Of a stretch of DNA of 50,730 bases, positions 19,498 to 29,551 are shown one piece after another. The first letter of the stretch is position 1. The number at the start of each line of letters is the position of its first letter. Below the pieces are notes generated by a model. That model did not search any database. It was not told the origin of the DNA and saw only the letters and a program-made list of their open reading frames with translations. The stretch lies in assembly GCA_043808015.1 (NCBI GenBank), contig JAZDFI010000014.1, positions 1-50,730 on the forward strand, written 5' to 3'. The stretch comes from Candidatus Aenigmatarchaeota archaeon (GTDB lineage Archaea > Aenigmatarchaeota > Aenigmatarchaeia > QMZP01 > QMZT01). Made by a program: the position numbers and the translations under genes.

Positions 19498-21174
19498 TCA
19501 TTTGTGCGCGAAATAGATTGTGATTTCCTTGCCGTCGTTCGAGTCTACGCGCCCGAATCCGACGCGCTCCATCTGTATCATGTCGCCGACTTTGAGTTTC
19601 GCCATTTCAGGCTCTCCGATGCCGTGCAGGATTCCGTCTTTCGTCACGACCCTGACTTTAACATGCGGCTCGCTGACCCACTGTATCTTCTGCATGTCTT
19701 TCAGGATTTCGTCGCCCACGCATTTCGCCGTTCTCACAAGCGAGATGTTGCACAATCCCTTCAGCCGGACCACGTTTCCTTTGAACTTCTCGTAATCTTC
19801 ATTCGCTATGTGAATGCTTTTGTGATTAAGCGGGATTTTCTTCTTGCCGCGCTCCGGGAAATCCGGGTGCAGCGCCTCGAAGACCTCGCGCTTCTCTGGC
19901 ATGCCTTCCGGCGTGATGTTCACCTGGTCTATGACAACCATATAGCGGTTCGCGAGCGGGTCTATCAGCTTGCGGTTGTGCGCGTCCAGATTCTCCCAGC
20001 CGAGCTCGATGTCGTTCTTGCTCAAACCGCACTGCATCGCGAGGCTCTTTATCGCGTCGGGCCTGAATCCCCGTCGCAGCAGCGCGCGTATCGTCGGGAG
20101 CTTCGGGTCGTCCCAGCCAGCGACTTCGCCGTTCGCTATCATTATCTTGATGTCTCTCGTGTGGACCGCGCCCTCCGGGAAACGAATCATGCCGAAGTTG
20201 ACGACATTCGTGAATTTCCAGCCGAGCATGTCCGCTATCGTCTTCTGAACGGCCGTGTTGTGCTCGTGCTCCTTGCCTCGGAAGACATGCGTAACGCCCA
20301 GTTCATGGTCGTCGATCGCGCAGGAAAAATTGTATAGCGGCCAGGCGGAATATTGCGTTCCTTTGAGCGGATGAGGCGTCTTGCTTATCCTGAAAATGGG
20401 CGGGTCGCGGAGAACCGGGTTCGGATCCGACATGCTGGTCTTCAGCCGCAGCACCGCGGAACCGTCTTCCATCCCGCCGGCGACCATCGCCTCCCACATT
20501 TCGATGTTTTTCTCCGGCGCATGGCGCCTGCAGGCGCACTCGCTCTCCTCGAGCTTCTGCTTCCTGAAATCCTCGGTCGCGCAGGCGCAGACGTAAGCCC
20601 TGCCATTTTCTATCAGATGCTTGGCATGCTTGTAGTAAACGGGAATCCTGTCGGACTGAAAGACGAGCGAATCCCATTTCGTATCCATGCGCTCGAGATC
20701 CTCGCGCAGCCAGTCGTAAGCATTCGGCTCGATCTTCTTCGCGTCCGTGTCCTCGATCCTCAGGATGAATTTGCCCCTGTATCTTTTCGCGTAATAATAG
20801 CTGAGGAAAACGGCGCGCATGAACTGGCCAATCGATAGAGGTCCTGTCGGCGAAGGGGCGAAACGGGTGACTACATGCCCTTCGACCGCGTCTTCAAGCG
20901 CGGCAAGGCCTTCCTGCTTTTTTTCATGTTTTTCCAGCAGCTCGGGAGCGAGTTCCTCGAGCTTCTTTCGCTGTTCGTCGAGATGCATGTGGTTCACTTC
21001 TTTTACAATATGATCTATAAGCGTTCGAGTCTCTGCTATGTTTGCCCTCGCCTCGTGGTCCTGCGAGACGACTTTCCCCAGAACCGCGGAAGGATTGGCC
21101 TTGCCTTTGTAGAATATCGCGTTCTGAAGCGCGTATTTCAGGACGGCTTCCTTCAGCTTGGAATTGGCCTTCAT
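19498..21174 (-). CDS. gltX: glutamate--tRNA ligase, archaeal type
   Basis: Archaeal N-terminal domain (KYALQNA...GKA), RFAPSPTG, RIEDTD, WPLYNF, DDHELGVTHVFRGKEH, GWDDPKLPT, QMERVGF. Confidence 0.95.
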   Translation of the reverse strand: MKANSKLKEAVLKYALQNAIFYKGKANPSAVLGKVVSQDHEARANIAETRTLIDHIVKEVNHMHLDEQRKKLEELAPELLEKHEKKQEGLAALEDAVEGHVVTRFAPSPTGPLSIGQFMRAVFLSYYYAKRYRGKFILRIEDTDAKKIEPNAYDWLREDLERMDTKWDSLVFQSDRIPVYYKHAKHLIENGRAYVCACATEDFRKQKLEESECACRRHAPEKNIEMWEAMVAGGMEDGSAVLRLKTSMSDPNPVLRDPPIFRISKTPHPLKGTQYSAWPLYNFSCAIDDHELGVTHVFRGKEHEHNTAVQKTIADMLGWKFTNVVNFGMIRFPEGAVHTRDIKIMIANGEVAGWDDPKLPTIRALLRRGFRPDAIKSLAMQCGLSKNDIELGWENLDAHNRKLIDPLANRYMVVIDQVNITPEGMPEKREVFEALHPDFPERGKKKIPLNHKSIHIANEDYEKFKGNVVRLKGLCNISLVRTAKCVGDEILKDMQKIQWVSEPHVKVRVVTKDGILHGIGEPEMAKLKVGDMIQMERVGFGRVDSNDGKEITIYFAHK

Positions 21175-21217
21175 GAAAACATATTAAAGCGCTGTAATTA
21201 AAAATAAATGTGGTTCA

Positions 21218-21367
21218 ATGCGCTTCGACGTGAAATGCAGGGATTGTGTATTTTTCAAGGGCAAGGCGCCTGACGCGACGGACTGCGCCAACAACGACGG
21301 CTCAATATGGGACCCGGCGCAGCGCGCGTGCGACAACTTCGTGAAAGGCAAGAAAAAGGCGGATTAG
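21218..21367 (+). CDS. small four-cysteine protein (49 aa; not in the ORF track)
   Basis: Hand translation MRFDVKCRDCVFFKGKAPDATDCANNDGSIWDPAQRACDNFVKGKKKAD; host-like codon usage; fills the gap divergent from gltX. Confidence 0.7.
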   Translation: MRFDVKCRDCVFFKGKAPDATDCANNDGSIWDPAQRACDNFVKGKKKAD

Positions 21368-21418
21368 GTCCGCGGCCTGTCCAGCTGCCTGGCATATCTT
21401 GTCTTATTAGCCGTCGTC

Positions 21419-22249
21419 TCACTCGCCGCTTTTTTTAAGGCTGTGGTAAAAGCTCACCAGCGACGCCACCGAGAACAGGGCCAGGTACGTAGTCACGAGC
21501 GTCCTCACGAGCATGAACGCGAACCCGTCCATGGTCAGGCCCGTCAGCTGGGCCGTGAAAATGTAATACAATGATTCTGGCAGCGAGCCTCCCAGCGATA
21601 TGGCTATGTAAATGATTGCAAACAGCACGTCAAACAAGAGAACGTTCATCTTGTTCTTGGTGACTGTCTTCCACGACTTCTTCAGCGATTCCAGCGGACC
21701 CGCGTTTTCGAGCACGCAGAATGCCGGGGACAAATAAGTGAAAAACGCGGCCACGCAGAAAACAACTATGCCGATAAGGAGCCACACGCCTCCGGCGGCG
21801 ACCATGGCCAGTCCTTCAGCGGTCGCCATTACGGGCAATGACATGGTCGTCAGGACCAGTCCTCCGAAGCATGCCGCTATTATGAGGGCGTATATCAGGG
21901 ACAGGCCCAGGAACGGCATGAACCTTTTTCTGGATACGTCGAGACTCTCAGTTATACCTTTCTTCTTGGCCTTGTGGTAATGCGAGGCGTTGTCCATGTA
22001 AGCTGAGATGAGATAAATATTCACCAGCCATCCTAGGACGGTTATGGGGACTATGTAAACCATGAAAGGCATGATGTTGGCAGGTATGATGGTGCCCTCG
22101 CTGGCGATGATGTCCGCTCCGAAATAGCCTATCACGAACCATCCAGCCACGGCGAAAACAAGCTGCACGGCGAAAGCCAGCAGGAAAACGTCCTTCCTCA
22201 GAGGATACCTGACCGAATTGCTGAAAATCTTATTAAAATCCACACCCAT
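21419..22249 (-). CDS. multi-pass membrane protein of unknown function
   Basis: About 6 TM helices with LESLKKSW motif, as in common uncharacterised archaeal membrane proteins; start 22249-22261. Confidence 0.8.
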   Translation of the reverse strand: MGVDFNKIFSNSVRYPLRKDVFLLAFAVQLVFAVAGWFVIGYFGADIIASEGTIIPANIMPFMVYIVPITVLGWLVNIYLISAYMDNASHYHKAKKKGITESLDVSRKRFMPFLGLSLIYALIIAACFGGLVLTTMSLPVMATAEGLAMVAAGGVWLLIGIVVFCVAAFFTYLSPAFCVLENAGPLESLKKSWKTVTKNKMNVLLFDVLFAIIYIAISLGGSLPESLYYIFTAQLTGLTMDGFAFMLVRTLVTTYLALFSVASLVSFYHSLKKSGE

Positions 22250-22334
22250 AACCATCCCCACCTCTGTTCTATATTTATACTACCCTTCTTAATATCTTTG
22301 ACTAATCATAGTCATTCGAACCTGAAGTGGTTGC

Positions 22335-23150
22335 ATGAAGATAACGTTCCTTGGCACCGCTGGCGGACGCATACTCATAATGACGCAGATGCGCGCATCC
22401 GGCGGCTGGATACTGGAAATGGACGGCGAGACGATCCACATAGACCCCGGGCCAGGCGCGCTCGTCAGGGCGAAACAATACGGTGTCGATCTGCGTAAAC
22501 TGACCGCGATTGCGATTTCTCACGCGCATCCTGACCACTACACGGACACGGAAATAATAATAGAATCAATGACCAACGGCACCAGGAAAAGGCGCGGCAT
22601 ACTCATCGGGAATGAGCACGCCATAAAGGGCGGAGTCGATTATCGCCAGGTCGTTTCACCTTTCCATTTGAGGCTTCTTGAAAAATACAGGGCGCTGGAA
22701 CCCGGCAAGATGATGAAAGTCGGAACCATCGACGTGACTGCGACGCCCACGAAACACAGGGAGGAGAAGGGCGTAGGCTTCGTGTTCCGCGGCTCGAAGA
22801 CGCTCGGCTACGCCGGAGACGGCGAGTATTTCCCCGGTATGGAAAAACATTTCGAAGGCTGCGATTACCTCATTCTCAACGTCCTCAGGCCGCGCAACGC
22901 CAACTGGCCCGGCCACATGAACACGCACCAGGCCGTGGAGCTCATAAGAAAAGTCATGCCCAAGCTCGTCATAATACAGCACTTCGGCATGCTGATGGTT
23001 AAAGCAGGTCCGGAAAAGGAAGCGAAATGGATTGAAGAGCAGACGGGTGTCAGGACCATCGCTGCGACGGACGGCATGAGCGTGGACCCGGAAAAACTGC
23101 ATCTGAACGGGTTGGGCAAATGGACATCTGAAAAAAAGCAGAAAGGATAA
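22335..23150 (+). CDS. MBL-fold metallo-hydrolase
   Basis: MKITFLGTAGG, IDPGPG, SHAHPDH (HxHxDH), YAGD, IQHFG. Confidence 0.92.
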   Translation: MKITFLGTAGGRILIMTQMRASGGWILEMDGETIHIDPGPGALVRAKQYGVDLRKLTAIAISHAHPDHYTDTEIIIESMTNGTRKRRGILIGNEHAIKGGVDYRQVVSPFHLRLLEKYRALEPGKMMKVGTIDVTATPTKHREEKGVGFVFRGSKTLGYAGDGEYFPGMEKHFEGCDYLILNVLRPRNANWPGHMNTHQAVELIRKVMPKLVIIQHFGMLMVKAGPEKEAKWIEEQTGVRTIAATDGMSVDPEKLHLNGLGKWTSEKKQKG

Positions 23151-23153
23151 CTT

Positions 23154-23666
23154 TCAAATTTTTGCAGCAATTTCATCCGCATGCTTTTGCCACGCGCCGC
23201 TGGTATCGATTGTGAAATGCTTCTCTTTTATCTGCTCAAAGGACTTCCTGAGTTTTTTGTAGACGGCGAAATCAGCGTCGCTGGCGCAGCACGTTTTGCA
23301 GCGTTTTTCCAGGCGCTGCCTGACGACGCTCTCATCGCAGACGACTTCGACTACGAACAGCCCGCTCCTGGTTTTTGTGGCGAGTTCCCTGACATTGTCG
23401 CGCAGCTCCTTTTTGTAGAAAGTCCCGTCTAGCACGACGTTCCTGCCATCCTTTAGCAACATGCCCGCCATGTTAAAGAGCATGGAATAAACCAGCGTCT
23501 TCTCATCTTCCGTGTAGGCCGGATTGGACAGCAGCTCTTTTCTGAGTATGTCCGTGCTGAGAATGCGGGCGTTAGTTTTTTTCGCTATCGCTTCAGCGAC
23601 AGACGTCTTGCCCGTTCCGGGCAGGCCGCAGACCAGAATGAGCTTGGTTTTCTCATTTGCTTTCAT
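23154..23666 (-). CDS. AAA_33-type P-loop kinase
   Basis: GLPGTGKT, STDILRKEL, VLDGTFYK, SDAD. Confidence 0.88.
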   Translation of the reverse strand: MKANEKTKLILVCGLPGTGKTSVAEAIAKKTNARILSTDILRKELLSNPAYTEDEKTLVYSMLFNMAGMLLKDGRNVVLDGTFYKKELRDNVRELATKTRSGLFVVEVVCDESVVRQRLEKRCKTCCASDADFAVYKKLRKSFEQIKEKHFTIDTSGAWQKHADEIAAKI

Positions 23667-24885
23667 GCGGCATCATGTCCTTATCGACTATTTCGGCCGG
23701 CTTCGTCGATAGCGAAGGCCATATTTTTCTTCCCGGGTAAATGGAAGTGTTTATGCCTGTGCGCACGTTGTCGCCAATAAAAGCGCCGAGCTTTTTCATG
23801 CCAGTGTGTATCTTCTTTCCATTTACAATCGTCGCGTGCTCCTCGCCGTCGTGGCGGTAGTCTGCGGTCACCGTTCCGGCTGCGATGTTGACGTTCTCGC
23901 CGACGACCGAATGGCCTATGTAGCAGCTGTGCTTGGCCGTTGTGTTGTTCATGATTATCGAATCGACCACCTCGCCGCGGAAACGGACGCCGCTGCCAAG
24001 ACATGTATCCGGCCTTATGTACGCGTTCGGGCCTATGATGCAATTCTCCCCAATGTATGCCGGGCCTTCTATGTGCGTCCCTGGGTGCACGATGGTGCCG
24101 GCACCTATGTGGACGCTGCCTTTTATCGTAACGTGCTGCTCCACTTGGCCGAAAGTCCTGCCTTTCATTTTTGCAAGGACTGACCTGTTTGCTGCAAGCA
24201 AATCCCACGGGTAAACGATGGGCATCCAGTCTTTCGTGTAGAAACATCTTATGCGCATGGTTTTCGCCAGTTCGTTTACCGCTTCGGTGAGCTCGTACTC
24301 GCCGCGCTCTGACCTGCCAATCCTTTTGAGCGCGTCGAAAATCCTGCTGTTGAGAACGTAAAAGCCCGTGTTGGCCGTGCCGCTAGCGACGTCGAATGGC
24401 TTCTCATTTATTTTTGTCAGGAAGCCGCCGTCCGTTTCCAGCATGCCAAAATCCGAAGGATTGTCGACCTTCTGTCCCAGCATTGAAATGCCGTATGAGA
24501 AGCATTCGGACATCGACTCCTTCGGGTAAATATCGTCTCCCATCATGACCATGAATTTATCGTCCTTCTCTATCAGCTTCTCGGCCTGCAGCAGCGCGTG
24601 CCCCGTGCCAAGAGCCTGGTCTTGATTGACGTAAGTTATAGCGATGTTGCCATACCTGTTCCCGAGTTTCGCTTTTACCTGCTCGCTGCCGAAGCCCACG
24701 ACAATTATCGCGTCGCTGGCCAGGCCTGCAAGCGAATCAAGAACATGCTCTATTATAGTCTTCCCGCCGACGAGCAGCAGCGCTTTCGGCCTGTGAACCG
24801 TGAGCGGATACGTTCGCGTCGAGCGGCCGGCGCATAGAATGACGGCCTTCGCCTTCGCGCGTCCGCTCCCTTTAAACATTGCCAT
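23653..24885 (-). CDS. bifunctional sugar-1-phosphate nucleotidyltransferase/acetyltransferase (archaeal GlmU-like)
   Basis: ILCAGRSTRTYPLT..RPKAL, LGTGHAL, GEYELT, hexapeptide repeats, KKLGAFIGD. Confidence 0.9.
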   Translation of the reverse strand: MAMFKGSGRAKAKAVILCAGRSTRTYPLTVHRPKALLLVGGKTIIEHVLDSLAGLASDAIIVVGFGSEQVKAKLGNRYGNIAITYVNQDQALGTGHALLQAEKLIEKDDKFMVMMGDDIYPKESMSECFSYGISMLGQKVDNPSDFGMLETDGGFLTKINEKPFDVASGTANTGFYVLNSRIFDALKRIGRSERGEYELTEAVNELAKTMRIRCFYTKDWMPIVYPWDLLAANRSVLAKMKGRTFGQVEQHVTIKGSVHIGAGTIVHPGTHIEGPAYIGENCIIGPNAYIRPDTCLGSGVRFRGEVVDSIIMNNTTAKHSCYIGHSVVGENVNIAAGTVTADYRHDGEEHATIVNGKKIHTGMKKLGAFIGDNVRTGINTSIYPGRKIWPSLSTKPAEIVDKDMMPHESK

Positions 24886-24895
24886 AAAACGAATT

Positions 24896-25564
24896 TCATT
24901 TACTGTCTTTTAAAGTTTTTTTGCCTCTCGCTTTCATGCGCCTTCTTATCAGCTCAAAAACGAGCGGAGCGAATGATATCGCGATTATCGCTATCATGAC
25001 CAGGGCGAAATTCTCCCTGACTGAAGGTATGTTGCCGAAGAGATATCCGCCCGTAAGGAAAACGGCCACCCAAGCTACCGCGCCCAAAATATTGTAGACG
25101 ATGAAACGGCGATAGTTCATGGCGCCTATGCCTGCGACGAACGGCGCGAACGTGCGGATGATTGGGATGAATCTCGCGAGGACGATGGTCTTGCCGCCGT
25201 GCTTCTCGTAGAAGCGATGCGCGCGCTCGAGATACGCCCTGTTCATGAAGCGCACGTTCTTCTTCGTGAAGACTTTAGGCCCGACGTAATGGCCTAGCCA
25301 GTAGTTCACGGTATCGCCTATTATGGCGGCCGCAGCCAGCGAAGCGAATAGAAGAGCGAAGTCCAGCGAGCCGAGCGCCGCGAACGCGCCTGCTGCGAAG
25401 AGCAGCGAGTCGCCGGGCAGAAACGGAGCTACGACTAATCCGGTCTCGCAGAAAACCACGATGAAGAGAATGACGTATGTCCATATTCCGAACGTTTGTA
25501 TGAGAAAACCAATATACTGGTCCAGATGCAGCACGAATTCAACAAGTAACGTGAAAATGTCCAT
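24896..25564 (-). CDS. dedA: DedA family membrane protein
   Basis: FCETGLVVAPFLPGDSLLF, GDTVNY, RFIPIIRTFAPFVAG. Confidence 0.95.
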   Translation of the reverse strand: MDIFTLLVEFVLHLDQYIGFLIQTFGIWTYVILFIVVFCETGLVVAPFLPGDSLLFAAGAFAALGSLDFALLFASLAAAAIIGDTVNYWLGHYVGPKVFTKKNVRFMNRAYLERAHRFYEKHGGKTIVLARFIPIIRTFAPFVAGIGAMNYRRFIVYNILGAVAWVAVFLTGGYLFGNIPSVRENFALVMIAIIAISFAPLVFELIRRRMKARGKKTLKDSK

Positions 25565-25588
25565 ACAAATCAGATATCTTCCGCATAT

Positions 25589-26560
25589 TTAAGCGATTAT
25601 GCCGGAGATGAGAAGCCACAGTATCCCGTATCCCGCAAGGCAGCCGGCCGTGATGAAAGGCATGGCCGGGTAGAAGCGGTCCTTCTTGGCCATCGCTAGC
25701 AATGAGAAAAGCGCGATTGCGACGACGACCGGTATGATTAACGCGAGAAGGAATGCCGTCGTTTTCGCGATGCTCATCTTTATCAGCGAGTCCATCACAA
25801 CGCCCGCGAAAATCAGCGGGAATGCGATGTCGCCGCCTCCTAGGATCGCGTTCCTGTATTCCACGTCTTCTTTGGCTGCGACAGTTCTTCCTTTCGCTGC
25901 GGTTTTGGCTTTCCTGCCCTTGACCGTTTTGGCGGCTTTGCTTATGCTTTTCTGTGTCTTCAGCTTGTACGTGACGAACACGCCCGCGAAGGCGCGGCTC
26001 TTGGTCTGGAACTGCGCCATGGAAACCATATGCTTCGACTTCCACACCGCGAAAACGTCGTAAGCCGATATCGCCAGTAACAGGGCGATGACCCACGGCA
26101 GGTCGAGAAGCGGCACGAAAATCACGGCTATGCCCGGGTATATCAGCAGTTCTGTCAGGTTATGTATCCATATGTTGGGCCTGTAAACCTTGACGAAAGC
26201 GAGGAAGATGCAGAACACGAGTGCGATCAGCGGGTCTATGAATACGCCCAGCGTTATGGAGCATGTCATCCATACCGCGAAGAAGAACATGGCTTTCCAT
26301 ATGCCGAATTTTTTGAACTTCACCAGCAGCAGGATGAGGCCCGTGCCGACCAGTATCGCGCATATCATGTAAAGGAACGTCTCCGGTCCCTGCATTTCCG
26401 GCCGCTCGCCTATGGTCGTGTCCGCGTGCTCTACAATCGTTTCGCCGCCCGGCGTCTGCGTCACTCCCATGATGTTGGCGCCGAGCGCGTAAAGGCCGAT
26501 CACCTGGGACAGGAAAAATATCAGGATGATAATGAGCGTCACGGGAATCGTATGCTTCAT
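25589..26560 (-). CDS. presenilin-family (GxGD) intramembrane aspartyl protease
   Basis: AYDVFAVWKSKHM (YD), LGGGD, YPAMP; start ATG at 26560. Confidence 0.92.
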   Translation of the reverse strand: MKHTIPVTLIIILIFFLSQVIGLYALGANIMGVTQTPGGETIVEHADTTIGERPEMQGPETFLYMICAILVGTGLILLLVKFKKFGIWKAMFFFAVWMTCSITLGVFIDPLIALVFCIFLAFVKVYRPNIWIHNLTELLIYPGIAVIFVPLLDLPWVIALLLAISAYDVFAVWKSKHMVSMAQFQTKSRAFAGVFVTYKLKTQKSISKAAKTVKGRKAKTAAKGRTVAAKEDVEYRNAILGGGDIAFPLIFAGVVMDSLIKMSIAKTTAFLLALIIPVVVAIALFSLLAMAKKDRFYPAMPFITAGCLAGYGILWLLISGIIA

Positions 26561-26611
26561 GAAAATAATTGGTCTGGAACGCTTATTAATCACTTTGAAT
26601 AACAAAATATT

Positions 26612-27052
26612 ATGGCGTTTCTTTCTCCCATGGAAATCGAGATCGTAGTGAAGCTGGTCGTCGCCGCGGGCCTCGGCCTGATACTGGGTTTCGAAAGGGA
26701 AATGCACAAAAGACCCGCAGGACTGCGGACACATTCGCTTATCTGCATGGGCGCGGCACTGTTTACGGTTCTATCAATGTCGATTGTCGGAGAGAACGTC
26801 GACGCCTCGAGGATAGCGGCCGGCATTGTGACGGGCATAGGCTTCATAGGCGGAGGCATGATATTCAAGTCCGACGACCGCGTCATCGGCCTGACAACAG
26901 CGGCGGAGATATGGGTCGTGGGCGCGATAGGCATCGCGGTCGGCGTAGGCTATTATTTCGCGGCAGGCGTGGCAACAGCGATCGTGCTTTTCATTCTCGT
27001 TCCCCTGAAGCACATAGCCGAGCAGGCCAAAAGAAAAGCTATCCTGCAGTAG
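26612..27052 (+). CDS. MgtC/SapB family membrane protein
   Basis: GFERE, AGLRTH, SRIAAGIVTGIGFIGGGMI, GLTTAA. Confidence 0.94.
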   Translation: MAFLSPMEIEIVVKLVVAAGLGLILGFEREMHKRPAGLRTHSLICMGAALFTVLSMSIVGENVDASRIAAGIVTGIGFIGGGMIFKSDDRVIGLTTAAEIWVVGAIGIAVGVGYYFAAGVATAIVLFILVPLKHIAEQAKRKAILQ

Positions 27053-27112
27053 CTCTTTTTATTAATTATTAAAACAAATTGAAAGATAGATTTTCATATA
27101 GACGGTGTTTTG

Positions 27113-29524
27113 ATGCTGCCGAAAGACTACGATTTCAGGGAAAGCGAAGAGCGGTTGCAGAAGTTCTGGGAGCACGAGGGCGTTTTCAAGTTCAATCCCG
27201 ACAGCGAGAAACCGATATTCTCCGTCGACACGCCGCCTCCAACGGTCTCGGGAAAGATGCACATAGGGCACGCGTTCTCATTTTCACAGCAGGATTTTGT
27301 CGTCCGCTACAAGCGCATGCGAGGTTTCGAATTGTTCTGTCCGTTCGGCACTGACGACAACGGACTGGCGACGATACGCCTGGTCGAGAAGATGACCGGC
27401 AAGAAAGAGAAGTTCATGACGCGCAAGGAATTCATCGCGCTCGTCCTCGAGACGCTGAAGCAGATACGCCCGACATATATACGCGACTGGAAGCGCATAG
27501 GCATGAGCTGCGACTGGTCGGTTTATTACACGACCATCGATGACCACTGCCGACGAATCTCGCAGAAGTCGTTCATCGACCTGTTCAAGGACGGACGAGT
27601 GTATCGAAAGCGCACGCCTTTCATGTGGTGCCCGGAATGCCGCACCTCGATAGCGCAAGTCGAGCTCAAAGACGAACAGAAGGAATCGCATTTTGTTTAC
27701 ATGCGTTTCGATACGTCTATCGGCGAGCAGATAACCATCGCTACCACGCGTCCGGAATTGCTGCCCGCTTGCGTCATGGTCCACGTCCATCCGCACGACG
27801 AGCGCTACAAGAAGTTCATCGGCGCGAAAGCGAAAATCCCGTTCTTCAGCCGCGAGGTCGGCATAATGGCGAATGCGGACGTCGACCCGGCATTCGGCTC
27901 CGGCGCGGTTTATCACTGCACGTTCGGCGACATGGACGACGTCGAATGGCTGGAGCGGTACAGGATTCCGGCGATAGAGATAATGGGCAAGGACGGGCGT
28001 TTGAACGAACTGGCCGGAAAATACGCCGGCCTGAAATCCAACGAGGCAAGGAACGCCATAATCGACGACCTGAAGGCCGAGAATAGAATCGAGAAAATCG
28101 AAAAAATAACGCACGTCGTCAACACACACGAGCGATGCGCGACGCCCGTCGAGATTCTCATGACAGAACAGTGGTTCATCCGCTATCTCGACCTTAAAGG
28201 CGAGTTCCTCAAGGCGGGCAGCGAGATGAACTGGTTCCCGCCGTACATGCGCTCGCGCTACGACAACTGGATAAAGGGCCTCAAATGGGACTGGAATGTA
28301 TCGAGGCAGCGCAGCTTCGGCGTCCCCGTCCCGGTATGGTTCTGCGAGAAGTGCAGCAATATCATGCTTCCGGAGGAGACGGACCTGCCAATCGACCCGA
28401 CTATCGATAAACCTAAGCATGCATGCAAATGCGGCTCGCGCTCGTTCAGCGGCGACCCCGACGTTCTGGACACGTGGGCGACATCGTCGCTCACACCACA
28501 GATCGCGGCTTCGCTCTACCCTCAAGCGTATGGCAGGCTTTATCCCATGTCTTTGCGGCCGCAGGCGCATGACATCATAACGTTCTGGCTGTTCAACACT
28601 GTCGTAAAATCTCGAATGCACAATAACGTGAACCCGTGGAAGGATATCATGATTTCCGGCTGGGCGCTCGACCCGAGCGGCAAGAAGATGAGCAAGTCGA
28701 AAGGCAACGTCGTCGAGCCGCAGGCGCTGATGGAGAAATACGGGGCCGACGCACTGCGCTTCTGGGCGGCCGGCTCGAAGCTCGGCGAGGATTTGGCATA
28801 TATGGAGAAAGACTTCGTCACGGGCAGTAAATTCGTAACGAAACTCTGGAACGCCTCGAAATTCGCGCTCATGCATCTGCAGGACTACGAGCCGGTAAGG
28901 CCGGCGAAATTCGCGGAAGCTGACAAGTGGCTGCTCACGAAAATCAGCGACATCATAAAAGTCTCGACCGAATCGTTCGAGAACTACGAGTATTCGAGAG
29001 CGAAGGCTGAGATAGACAATTTCTTCTGGCACACGTTCTGCGACTATTATCTCGAGATGGCGAAGGACAGGCTTTACAACCCCAAGGATTACGAAGAATG
29101 GGAAGTCGACTCAGCGAAATACACGCTTCACTACACGCTGCTTGCGGTGCTGAAGATAATCGCGCCCATCACGCCGCACATCACCGAGGAGATTTACCAG
29201 CACCATTTCAGGCGCACGGAAGGCGCTAAGAGCATACACGTTTCGGAATGGCCGAAATACGACTCGTCGCTTGTCAACAAGAAGGCCGAGGAGGCGGGCG
29301 ACATCGCCACGGACGTGATAGCTGCCGTCAGGAAGTTCAAGTCGTCGAATTCGATGCCCATGAACGCGCCGCTGCGATATATGACCGTCGATTCCGTAGC
29401 TGTAAAGCCGCTGCTCAGGGACATAGAGAAGACCATGAAAATCGAGAGCGTGCGCGTGGGCAGCGTCAAGGCGGCGACTATCGAGACAGAGAAATTCAGG
29501 CTCGCGCTAGAGATACTTAAATGA
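27113..29524 (+). CDS. valS: valine--tRNA ligase, archaeal type
   Basis: DTPPPTVSGKMHIGH, ATTRPE, WDWNVSRQR, DTWATS, KMSKSKGN. Confidence 0.97.
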   Translation: MLPKDYDFRESEERLQKFWEHEGVFKFNPDSEKPIFSVDTPPPTVSGKMHIGHAFSFSQQDFVVRYKRMRGFELFCPFGTDDNGLATIRLVEKMTGKKEKFMTRKEFIALVLETLKQIRPTYIRDWKRIGMSCDWSVYYTTIDDHCRRISQKSFIDLFKDGRVYRKRTPFMWCPECRTSIAQVELKDEQKESHFVYMRFDTSIGEQITIATTRPELLPACVMVHVHPHDERYKKFIGAKAKIPFFSREVGIMANADVDPAFGSGAVYHCTFGDMDDVEWLERYRIPAIEIMGKDGRLNELAGKYAGLKSNEARNAIIDDLKAENRIEKIEKITHVVNTHERCATPVEILMTEQWFIRYLDLKGEFLKAGSEMNWFPPYMRSRYDNWIKGLKWDWNVSRQRSFGVPVPVWFCEKCSNIMLPEETDLPIDPTIDKPKHACKCGSRSFSGDPDVLDTWATSSLTPQIAASLYPQAYGRLYPMSLRPQAHDIITFWLFNTVVKSRMHNNVNPWKDIMISGWALDPSGKKMSKSKGNVVEPQALMEKYGADALRFWAAGSKLGEDLAYMEKDFVTGSKFVTKLWNASKFALMHLQDYEPVRPAKFAEADKWLLTKISDIIKVSTESFENYEYSRAKAEIDNFFWHTFCDYYLEMAKDRLYNPKDYEEWEVDSAKYTLHYTLLAVLKIIAPITPHITEEIYQHHFRRTEGAKSIHVSEWPKYDSSLVNKKAEEAGDIATDVIAAVRKFKSSNSMPMNAPLRYMTVDSVAVKPLLRDIEKTMKIESVRVGSVKAATIETEKFRLALEILK

Positions 29525-29551
29525 TTTAAAACAGGAAAGGCAAACTTAAGC

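Noticed and set aside
26561-26734. N-terminal extension of the presenilin-like ORF in the track
   Set aside because: Overlaps the divergent mgtC-like gene and its promoter; the real start is likely 26560
27284-29032. 582-aa antisense ORF
   Set aside because: Shadow of valS on the opposite strand, produced by GC-rich codon bias; no motifs
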